From an uncultured Lentimicrobiaceae bacterium (GTDB lineage: Bacteria; Bacteroidota; Bacteroidia; Bacteroidales; F082), in the NCBI GenBank assembly GCA_964492695.1, contig CAZBMR010000004.1:2414-66413 (forward strand): a DNA stretch of 64,000 nucleotides. Reading direction: 5' to 3'. The notes beneath the pieces are model-generated. The model did not search any database. It was not told the DNA's origin and saw only the letters and a list, made by a program, of their open reading frames with translations. This document shows, piece after piece, positions 56,703 through 64,000 of this stretch. Each line of letters begins with the position of its first letter. Position 1 is the first letter of the stretch. A program made the translations under genes and the position numbers.

Positions 56703-57391
56703 TATGGCCTAAAAAGCACTCGTATTTTGGCAGAAAGACAATCATTTGTTGCGCATACGTTTTATTTTTTACTGCCTGCAGCGATGGCGTTCAGAAAAAT
56801 TACGACCAGAATGGCCAACTCGCATCAGCCCTTCGCTACGACTCAAATGGAAAACTTCACGGTAAATGCACCTGGTTTTATCCCGATGGCCATATGCAAT
56901 TAGAAGCAACCTATTTGCATGGAATTGCAAACGGTCTTCAAATCAGATACCACGAAAACGGGATGCCACAAGAATCCACACGTTTTGAAAATGGGCTGAA
57001 AGACAGTATATCAACCTTTTTTAATATGCAAGGCCAGGTAACAATCAAAGAATCATGGTTGCGCGATACGCTTCACGGACCGTATGAAAGATGGTATGAA
57101 ACCGGTGCGCTGGCCATTCAAGGAAACTACTTTAAAGGAATGATGGATGGTATTTGGCTTTTTTTCGATCAGGAAGGCACAATCATCGGCAAGGGCGATT
57201 TCAAGATGGGAAATGGTGTTCAAAAAATATTGCACCCAAACGGACAGCTGCACCGCAGCATTCCGTACCAACAAAACCTGAAACACGGTCGCGAAGAAAT
57301 CTACACTCCGGATGGAAAACTTTTACAGACCATTCAATATCAAAATGGAATTCCTCAAAACGGGCCACTTCAAATCAGCCCTGCGAACTGA
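56699..57391 (+). CDS. MORN-repeat (YwqK-like) lipoprotein
   Basis: Lipobox FFTAC, repeated G-x-W/H-x-x-Y/F-x-x-G MORN-variant units, and an ATGA overlap with the LysM gene. Confidence 0.75.
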   Translation: MIWPKKHSYFGRKTIICCAYVLFFTACSDGVQKNYDQNGQLASALRYDSNGKLHGKCTWFYPDGHMQLEATYLHGIANGLQIRYHENGMPQESTRFENGLKDSISTFFNMQGQVTIKESWLRDTLHGPYERWYETGALAIQGNYFKGMMDGIWLFFDQEGTIIGKGDFKMGNGVQKILHPNGQLHRSIPYQQNLKHGREEIYTPDGKLLQTIQYQNGIPQNGPLQISPAN

Positions 57392-57428
57392 TGCTCCGAA
57401 CGCAACAAAAGCACATACCCGATAAGCA

Positions 57429-57929
57429 ATGGCCGACCAACCAAAAATCCTGCTAAAGAAGGACAAAAAGGACAAATTGGTCGAGCTCACCGCCTGGCTG
57501 ATACTGCTTTCACTAGTGGCTTTCACATGGTTTTCTTACCAGGCCCTTACGGAAACAGTAGCGATACATTTTGACATACACGGACATGCCGATGCCTTTG
57601 GAAACAAGAAGCATGTTTGGTTTGTTCTTGCAATTCCAACCCTTCTGACATGCCTGCTCTTTTGGATCAACCGATATCCGCATTTATTCAACTACCCGGT
57701 TAAAATTACGCCAGAAAACGCGTTCAGCCAGTATAGAAAAGCTACTAAGCTAATAAGATGGATGGCTGTTTCTTTGAACCTTGTTTTTACATTCATTCAA
57801 TTCAACGTGGTCACTTCAGCCACCCAGGCAAACATTCAGGCACCCTGGCTTATTTACACGGTGGTGATTAGTGTTCCTTTTATCCCTTTGCTTGTCTATT
57901 TCATAGTCTCACTCAAAAACAAAACGTAA
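57429..57929 (+). CDS. DUF1648-like membrane protein
   Basis: Four hydrophobic segments and an IHFDIHGHADAFG segment after TM1, as I recall for DUF1648/SdpI-N. Confidence 0.6.
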   Translation: MADQPKILLKKDKKDKLVELTAWLILLSLVAFTWFSYQALTETVAIHFDIHGHADAFGNKKHVWFVLAIPTLLTCLLFWINRYPHLFNYPVKITPENAFSQYRKATKLIRWMAVSLNLVFTFIQFNVVTSATQANIQAPWLIYTVVISVPFIPLLVYFIVSLKNKT

Positions 57930-57959
57930 AAGATCTGATAAAGCGACACCAAAGAAAAA

Positions 57960-57977
57960 GCCACCCGGGAGGGTGGC
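57960..57977 (+). terminator. GC-rich hairpin GCCACCC-GGGA-GGGTGGC (possible terminator, no T-run)
   Basis: A 7-bp perfect stem with a tetraloop, 30 nt after the DUF1648 stop. Confidence 0.4.
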
Positions 57978-58341
57978 CCAATTATGAAAAACAAACAAAA
58001 CAAGTCAATTTTGATTAGAAATTTCCAAATACCATGCCAAATAAGTAAAATATTCTAAATCAATATTTTATGACTAATCATGAAAAAACATTTTGTGCTA
58101 TTTTGGGATTTTATTTCTTGTTTTTGGAATTGATATAAACAATCACGAAAGCTTTAATCTATATATATATCATTATCAATTTATTACATATATTAGAAAT
58201 TTATTGATCCTTCTTTATGATTTCAAACTTTTCTTCCGAATTTTGGAAAGACATTGAATCCACTCAGGTCCAAAGCTCATAAAGAACGTTAATTTTCCCA
58301 AGATGAGCCCAATCATGCCGATTCAATTTTCCAAAAAAATC

Positions 58342-58349
58342 TAATTTTG
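58342..58349 (+). promoter_or_regulatory. -7 promoter box (TAATTTTG) for the M28 peptidase gene
   Basis: TAnnTTTG match 21 nt upstream of the TTG start at 58370. Confidence 0.35.
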
Positions 58350-58369
58350 CGCATCAAATACTGCATTCC

Positions 58370-60124
58370 TTGAAAAGATTCATCTCAATCATTCTGCTGT
58401 TTACTGCCCTGTCGGTTCAGCTCAAAGCACAAACTACCGAAAATCAAATCCGGAACGACATCAACTTTCTGGCCTCACCAGCTTTGAAAGGGCGCTTCCC
58501 CGGCACGAACGAAGACACAAAAACAGTTGCATTTATTCAACAACGGCTGGAAGCCCTGGGGCTGAAACCATTGTTTAATCAGGGAATACAGGATTTCAAT
58601 GTCGTTACATCTGTTGAAGCCGCCCCCGACAACATGTTATCAATCAACAATATACCAGCAGTTTACGGAACCGACTTCAGTCTTTTTTCATTCAGCGGCA
58701 ACGAAAGTTTTGAGGCTGAGATTGTGTTTGCCGGTTTTGGCATGAAGATTTCTACCGACAGTCTTATCTGGAACGATTATGAGGGCCTCGATGTAAAAAA
58801 TAAATGGGTATTGATTTTAAAAGGTGACCCTGAGCCAGCCAACAATAACAGCAAGTTTATTCCTTTTGCTGATGCACGCACAAAGGTCATGTTTGCAAAG
58901 GACCAGGGGGCGAAAGGGGTGATTTTTACGGGTGGCATTCAAAACAACAAGGCAGATGAACTTGTTCCCCTGCTGTTTGAGCGGGCGGTCATCAGCGCAG
59001 GCATCCCTGTGATAGATGTTAAAAGATCTTTTATGAATTCGCTGCTTGCCCAGAATCAATGCATCGACAGCCTCGAAGTGGCAGCTGCCCAGGGAAAGAA
59101 AATAGAAGCTGGCAAACTGCTTGCCAGTGCCAAGGTGGCGTTGATCCGCAACGAGGTGACTACCCACAACATCGCATATATGCTGGAGGGCAGTCATCCG
59201 GTTCTGAAAGATGAATACATCATCATCGGTGCCCATTACGACCATCTTGGAATGGGCGGACAGGGATCCGGTTCGCGCACACCCGACACACTCGCACCCC
59301 ATGTTGGAGCCGACGACAACGCCTCCGGTGTGGCGATGGTGCTTGAGCTGGCACGGCGGTTTGCTGCGGATCGCGCTCCAAACCGCAGCTTGATATTTGC
59401 ATTGTTCGGTGCTGAAGAAATGGGATTGTTGGGATCGGCCCATTTATCCAGAAATCTACCCGTCGCCAAGCAAAACATCGTTGCGATGTTGAATTACGAC
59501 ATGGTGGGAAGGCTCAACGAATCAAATGCGGTGGCAGTGGGTGGAACCGGAACGGCTGTTGAAACAGAAGCCCTGCTCAACAGCCTTGCAGAGGATTCAC
59601 CATTGAAATTTTCCTATTCACCCGAAGGTTTCGGTGCTTCGGACCATGCATCTTTTTACGCCATCGACCTCCCTGTGATGTTCTTTTCAACCGGCGCACA
59701 CAGCGACTATCATACACCTGCCGATACGCCGGATAAAATCAATTACCAGGGAATGAACCTTATTGCCGATCATGGTCAGCAACTCATCGCAAAACTTGCC
59801 AACCGCGATCAAAAACTTACATTCAGGGAAGCGGGTCCAAAAGAGCGCACCAGCGGCCGCAGGGGATTCAAGGTTGTTTTGGGCATCATGCCCGACTTCA
59901 CCAGCACGGCCACCGACGGTCTGGGTGTTGGCGGCGTCACAAAAGGTGGACCAGCCGACCGGGCAGGCATGAAAAAAGGTGACAAAATCACAGGCTTAAA
60001 CGGTATGCCTGTGGGCACAATCTACGATTACATGAATCGCCTGAAGCAATTGAAGCCAGGCCAACGTGTGAATGTAGATATTGTGAGAGCAGGCGAGCCC
60101 ATGATCATGATTGTTGATTTATAA
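58370..60124 (+). CDS. Secreted M28-family aminopeptidase with PA and C-terminal PDZ domains
   Basis: Signal peptide, zinc-ligand motif GADDNASGVAMVLELAR and the PDZ segment GVTKGGPADRAGMKKGDKITGLNG. TTG start. Confidence 0.85.
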   Translation: MKRFISIILLFTALSVQLKAQTTENQIRNDINFLASPALKGRFPGTNEDTKTVAFIQQRLEALGLKPLFNQGIQDFNVVTSVEAAPDNMLSINNIPAVYGTDFSLFSFSGNESFEAEIVFAGFGMKISTDSLIWNDYEGLDVKNKWVLILKGDPEPANNNSKFIPFADARTKVMFAKDQGAKGVIFTGGIQNNKADELVPLLFERAVISAGIPVIDVKRSFMNSLLAQNQCIDSLEVAAAQGKKIEAGKLLASAKVALIRNEVTTHNIAYMLEGSHPVLKDEYIIIGAHYDHLGMGGQGSGSRTPDTLAPHVGADDNASGVAMVLELARRFAADRAPNRSLIFALFGAEEMGLLGSAHLSRNLPVAKQNIVAMLNYDMVGRLNESNAVAVGGTGTAVETEALLNSLAEDSPLKFSYSPEGFGASDHASFYAIDLPVMFFSTGAHSDYHTPADTPDKINYQGMNLIADHGQQLIAKLANRDQKLTFREAGPKERTSGRRGFKVVLGIMPDFTSTATDGLGVGGVTKGGPADRAGMKKGDKITGLNGMPVGTIYDYMNRLKQLKPGQRVNVDIVRAGEPMIMIVDL

Positions 60125-60136
60125 ACAATTGCAACA

Positions 60137-60553
60137 TTGACACCCCTTCAGGTTCTACCCTTCTCTGACCAGCTGATTGCCAAGTTTTTCAAATTCGGAC
60201 TTGTGGGATTCTCCGGTTTGTTTGTTGATTTCGGCGTCACATATTTGTTAAAAGAGAAATTCAAGCTTCAAAAATACCTCAGCAATGCCCTGGGCATGGT
60301 CACTGCGGCAACCACAAACTACCTGCTCAACAGAATCTGGACTTTCGAGAGCAGCAATCCCAATATTGCACAGGAATACACTGATTTCATCCTGATATCT
60401 GTGATCGGACTTGGAATCAACACACTCATTCTTTGGCTGTTAATCAACCGGTTTAAAATGAATTTTTATATTGCAAAAGCCATTGCCATTACGGTGGTGA
60501 TGTTGTGGAACTTTGTTGCAAACCTGCTGTTTACCTTTAAAGCCGTGGGTTAA
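60137..60553 (+). CDS. GtrA-family membrane protein
   Basis: [23 protein letters not shown]-terminal motif and 4 TM segments. TTG start; there is no in-frame ATG near the N-terminus. Confidence 0.75.
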   Translation: MTPLQVLPFSDQLIAKFFKFGLVGFSGLFVDFGVTYLLKEKFKLQKYLSNALGMVTAATTNYLLNRIWTFESSNPNIAQEYTDFILISVIGLGINTLILWLLINRFKMNFYIAKAIAITVVMLWNFVANLLFTFKAVG

Positions 60554-62346
60554 TCAAGTTTAAGCACAGCGAGGAAAGCCGACTGAGGGACTTCTACATT
60601 GCCCACCTGACGCATGCGTTTTTTACCTTTTTTCTGTTTTTCCAACAGTTTTCGTTTGCGGGATATGTCGCCACCATAGCATTTGGCGGTCACATCTTTT
60701 CGGAGTGCCTTCACGGTTTCGCGGGCAATGATTTTTGCGCCGATTGAAGCCTGAATGGCAATGTCAAACTGCTGACGCGGAATCAGTTCCTTAAGTTTTT
60801 CGCACATACGTCTGCCAAAGGAATAGGCATTGTCACGATGAATGAGTGTTGAAAGGGCATCGACAGGTTCACTGTTGAGCAAAATATCTAGCTTCACAAG
60901 GTTTGCCCTTTGATAGCCTGCAATGTGGTAATCAAAGGAAGCATAGCCCCTGGAGATAGATTTTAGTTTGTCGTAAAAGTCGAAAACAATTTCGCTGAGC
61001 GGCATCTCAAAAGTCACCTCCACGCGGTCGGAGGTGAGATAAACCTGATTTTTCATCACGCCCCGCTTTTCGATGCACAAAGTCATGATGTTGCCAAGGT
61101 ATTCGGCTTTGGAAATAATTTGGGCAATGATATATGGCTCTTCGATGTAGTCGAGTTTTGTAACATCGGGTAATCCGCTCGGATTGTGCACTTCCAGCAC
61201 ATCGCCCGAGGTGGTATAGGCTTTAAACGAAACGTTGGGAACGGTGGTAATCACATCCATATCAAACTCCCTGTCGAGCCGTTCCTGAATGATTTCCATA
61301 TGAAGCAAGCCGAGGAAGCCGCAACGGAAGCCAAAACCCAAAGCAACGGACGATTCAGGTTCAAAAACCAGTGACGCATCGTTGAGCTGCAATTTCTCGA
61401 TGGATGCCCTCAATTCTTCATAATCATCCGCATCAACAGGATAAATACCGGCAAACACCATGGGTTTCACGTTTTCGAAACCTTCGATGGCTGTTGTGCT
61501 CTGCCTGGCCACATGGGTGATGGTGTCGCCCACTTTTACCTCACGGCTGGTTTTGATGCCCGAGATAATATAGCCCACATCGCCGGCGCTCATGGTTTGC
61601 CGCGGAATCTGTTTCAATTTAAGCACGCCAATTTCATCGGCATGGTATTCTTTTCCTGTTGCCATGAACTTCACATGATCGTTCACTGACAGGGTGCCAT
61701 TCATGATGCGGAAGTATGCGATGATACCTCTGAATGAGTTAAAGACAGAGTCGAAAATAAGTGCCTGCAATGGTGCGTTCGGATCGCCTTTTGGCGCCGG
61801 AATCCGCCGGATGATCGCCTCAAGCACCTCAGGAATTCCAAAACCGGTTTTCGCACTCACACGGAGCACATCCTCCCGCTCGCAGCCAATCAAATCCACA
61901 ATCTGATCTTCCACTTCATCGGGCATGGCGCTGTCCATATCTATTTTATTGAGCACCGGAATAATTTCCAAATCGTGGTTCAATGCCAGATAAAGGTTTG
62001 AAATTGTCTGAGCCTGAATGCCTTGTGTGGCATCTACCACGAGCAATGCACCCTCGCAGGCTGCGATCGATCGTGATACTTCATAAGAAAAATCAACATG
62101 GCCGGGCGTATCGATGAGGTTCAGCACATAATGCTGGTTCTCGAATTCGTATTCCATTTGAATGGCATGGCTCTTGATGGTAATGCCCCTTTCGCGTTCA
62201 AGGTCCATGCTATCGAGCACCTGATCTTTCTGTTCACGTTCGTTGAGTGTGTGGGTTTGTTGTAACAATCTGTCAGCCAGGGTACTCTTACCATGGTCAA
62301 TATGGGCAATGATACAGAAATTGCGGGTATTTTTCATAGACTGCAA
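60550..62346 (-). CDS. lepA: Elongation factor 4
   Basis: G1 motif [20 protein letters not shown] and the conserved C-terminal [21 protein letters not shown]. Confidence 0.95.
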   Translation of the reverse strand: MQSMKNTRNFCIIAHIDHGKSTLADRLLQQTHTLNEREQKDQVLDSMDLERERGITIKSHAIQMEYEFENQHYVLNLIDTPGHVDFSYEVSRSIAACEGALLVVDATQGIQAQTISNLYLALNHDLEIIPVLNKIDMDSAMPDEVEDQIVDLIGCEREDVLRVSAKTGFGIPEVLEAIIRRIPAPKGDPNAPLQALIFDSVFNSFRGIIAYFRIMNGTLSVNDHVKFMATGKEYHADEIGVLKLKQIPRQTMSAGDVGYIISGIKTSREVKVGDTITHVARQSTTAIEGFENVKPMVFAGIYPVDADDYEELRASIEKLQLNDASLVFEPESSVALGFGFRCGFLGLLHMEIIQERLDREFDMDVITTVPNVSFKAYTTSGDVLEVHNPSGLPDVTKLDYIEEPYIIAQIISKAEYLGNIMTLCIEKRGVMKNQVYLTSDRVEVTFEMPLSEIVFDFYDKLKSISRGYASFDYHIAGYQRANLVKLDILLNSEPVDALSTLIHRDNAYSFGRRMCEKLKELIPRQQFDIAIQASIGAKIIARETVKALRKDVTAKCYGGDISRKRKLLEKQKKGKKRMRQVGNVEVPQSAFLAVLKLD

Positions 62347-62439
62347 AGCTACAACATAAAGTGCAATGTTCGAAAGCGTGGTTGCAAAAAGTTAAACAGC
62401 TATGCCTCAATCACTTTAAGCATCAAAATGGTACAGCGA

Positions 62440-63990
62440 TCAGTAATAATAACCTTCGTCGCGGCTTGCCATTTCCACCGGGTAATGCCCCTGATAGATG
62501 TTGCCCAACGTGCCGTCAATGGAAATAAAATCGCCAGTCAGAATGCGCAAGCCCTCGAGCTGACACCATTTGTTCTGCTCATCCACCAGCATGCGGCTGC
62601 AGTTTACAACACACGTTTTGCCAAGTCGAACGGCAGTGACAGCGGCATGTGATGTGGCACCTCCGCGGGCTGTGAGCAGTCCGTTGCAGGCAAAAATCAT
62701 CCCAATGTCGTCGGGCACGGTATCCGGTCGGATCAGGATGATGTTGGTATCTGGATATTGCGCCCGAAGTGTTTCAATATCCGATTCGTCAAAAGCTGCC
62801 AGCCCATTCATGGCTCCTCCGCCAATGCCTATACCCCTTCCGATGAGTTTCATTTGATCGGGCGATTGCCTAAACACCAAAGCTTCCTGGCTCATATGCA
62901 AATCCTGATCGCGTGTTTGGAGGATAAAGAGTTTGTTCGGATCGTCAGATTCAAAGGTGAATTCGATTTCCTGAGGTGAATAGCCATGATTCTCGGTGAG
63001 ATCGGAGGCCAGTTCGAACAAACGCTTATAGATGGCAGGGTAGTGCGTTTGAAGCGAAGGGCCTTCCAATCCTGCTTGTTTACGCTGTGTTTCGCTCACC
63101 GGCATTGGTTTCACAAGTCCGGCCACAATGTCCTCGCCCTGGCTTTGCGTTGTAAAATCGCCATAAAGGTGCACACCGGGCCGCCCACGCTTTGGATTTT
63201 GTGTAAAAACAACACCTGTTCCGCTGTTTGCATGGAGGTTGCCAAAAATCATCTGCTGAACGATTACGGCGGTTCCCCAGTTATCACTGATCTGGAGGTG
63301 ACGGCGATACACATGCGCACGCTCTGACGACCAACTGTCGAACACAATGTTAATGGTTCTAACAAGCTGGCTGAAAAGATCTTGCTCCAAATCGACCTTG
63401 CCAGTAATAAGTACTTCGCGGTAGGATTGGGCGATATCGCGCATGGTTTCCGGCAAAAAATCAACTTTATTGTCAACCTTGTTTTTGACCTTATACTCCG
63501 AAATGATCCTGTCGAACACATCGCGCTCGATGCCATGAGCCATTCCCCAACTTTGCAGAAGCCGGCGGTAAGAATCCCACACAGCCCAGCTGCGGCCGCT
63601 CACCAAGGCATATTTTTCAACGATGGCCTGGTTGAGGCCCACATTCAGGATGGTATCCATGGCACCAGGCATGGATATGGCTGTTCCTGAGCGAACCGAA
63701 AGCAGGAGCGGGTTTGCAGCATCTCCAAATTTTTTCCCCGAAAGCCGCTCCATTCTGCTGATGTGGCGCCGGAGCAATTCGTGAAGCTCCTTCCGCAGTT
63801 CGGGCAATGCCATGATGGTGCTGTTTCGCCGGAAAACCTCCGAAGTGATGACAAAACCTGGTGGTACAGGAAAACCTTTGAGATAGAGGTTTTTTAGGTG
63901 ATAGGCCTTACTTCCCAAAAACACCTGATTGTCCATTTTTGGCGTTCGTTCCTCCAATGGACTGATAACCAATTCATTATTATAAGTCAT
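62440..63990 (-). CDS. PPDK-like protein with the nucleotide-binding (ATP-grasp) and swivel phosphohistidine domains only; no PEP/pyruvate TIM-barrel
   Basis: PPDK N-terminal motifs (FGDAANPLLLSVRSGTAISMPGAMDTILNVGLN) and the His-domain motif TARGGATSHAAV. The ORF stops about 25 aa after ISIDGTLGNIYQG. Confidence 0.8.
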   Translation of the reverse strand: MTYNNELVISPLEERTPKMDNQVFLGSKAYHLKNLYLKGFPVPPGFVITSEVFRRNSTIMALPELRKELHELLRRHISRMERLSGKKFGDAANPLLLSVRSGTAISMPGAMDTILNVGLNQAIVEKYALVSGRSWAVWDSYRRLLQSWGMAHGIERDVFDRIISEYKVKNKVDNKVDFLPETMRDIAQSYREVLITGKVDLEQDLFSQLVRTINIVFDSWSSERAHVYRRHLQISDNWGTAVIVQQMIFGNLHANSGTGVVFTQNPKRGRPGVHLYGDFTTQSQGEDIVAGLVKPMPVSETQRKQAGLEGPSLQTHYPAIYKRLFELASDLTENHGYSPQEIEFTFESDDPNKLFILQTRDQDLHMSQEALVFRQSPDQMKLIGRGIGIGGGAMNGLAAFDESDIETLRAQYPDTNIILIRPDTVPDDIGMIFACNGLLTARGGATSHAAVTAVRLGKTCVVNCSRMLVDEQNKWCQLEGLRILTGDFISIDGTLGNIYQGHYPVEMASRDEGYYY

Positions 63991-64000
63991 TATATCATTG

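Noticed and set aside
56699-57391. YwqK-like protein as a toxin-antitoxin antitoxin
   Set aside because: It is a lipoprotein with MORN-type repeats. No YwqJ-like deaminase or other toxin gene is adjacent, so the TA label attached to this family does not fit here.
58160-58170. TA dinucleotide run as a possible repeat array
   Set aside because: It is a single 11-nt microsatellite with no spacer-repeat organisation, so it is not CRISPR-like.

Overview
This 64-kb window looks like a chromosomal segment from an anaerobic, peptide-degrading member of Bacteroidota. The phylum call rests on a T9SS C-terminal sorting domain on a secreted M14 peptidase, TAnnTTTG-type -7 promoter boxes, a CI-like HTH+S24 repressor next to dinB, and a GGGP-synthase homologue. 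GC looks mid-40s % by eye; I did not compute it. I count about 50 protein genes and one tRNA-Pro(CGG). I saw no rRNA, CRISPR array, transposase, integrase or phage genes. Most of the content is housekeeping or central metabolism. (1) Energy and carbon metabolism: ADP-forming acyl-CoA synthetase, an aminotransferase, a 4-subunit 2-oxoacid:ferredoxin oxidoreductase, AMP-forming Acs and PckA. (2) Biosynthesis and core functions: SpeA, DapA, GuaA, LepA and XseAB. (3) Secreted or periplasmic peptidases of families C69, S9/DPP-IV, M14 and M28. (4) Signalling: two hybrid histidine kinases and one ECF sigma factor. I do not see a clear-cut novel multi-gene system such as a defence island. The loci I would examine again are these. 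(a) The ECF sigma / anti-sigma-beta-barrel fusion / LVIVD lipoprotein / small basic ORF / OMP operon (37.7-42.1 kb). (b) The divergent dinB / CI-like S24 repressor cassette, with an unannotated 71-aa ORF coupled to dinB and tandem direct repeats in the shared promoter (33.0-35.6 kb). (c) A 14-bp PurR-box-like palindrome sitting over the -33 region of two metabolic promoters. (d) A PPDK-like protein that ends exactly before the PEP/pyruvate TIM-barrel. (e) A Kv-type channel with a C-terminal zinc ribbon followed by a HerA-like DUF853 ATPase. (f) A ~390-nt AT-rich region with no long ORF. All family assignments come from motifs read in the translations and from memory of the families; no database search was run.
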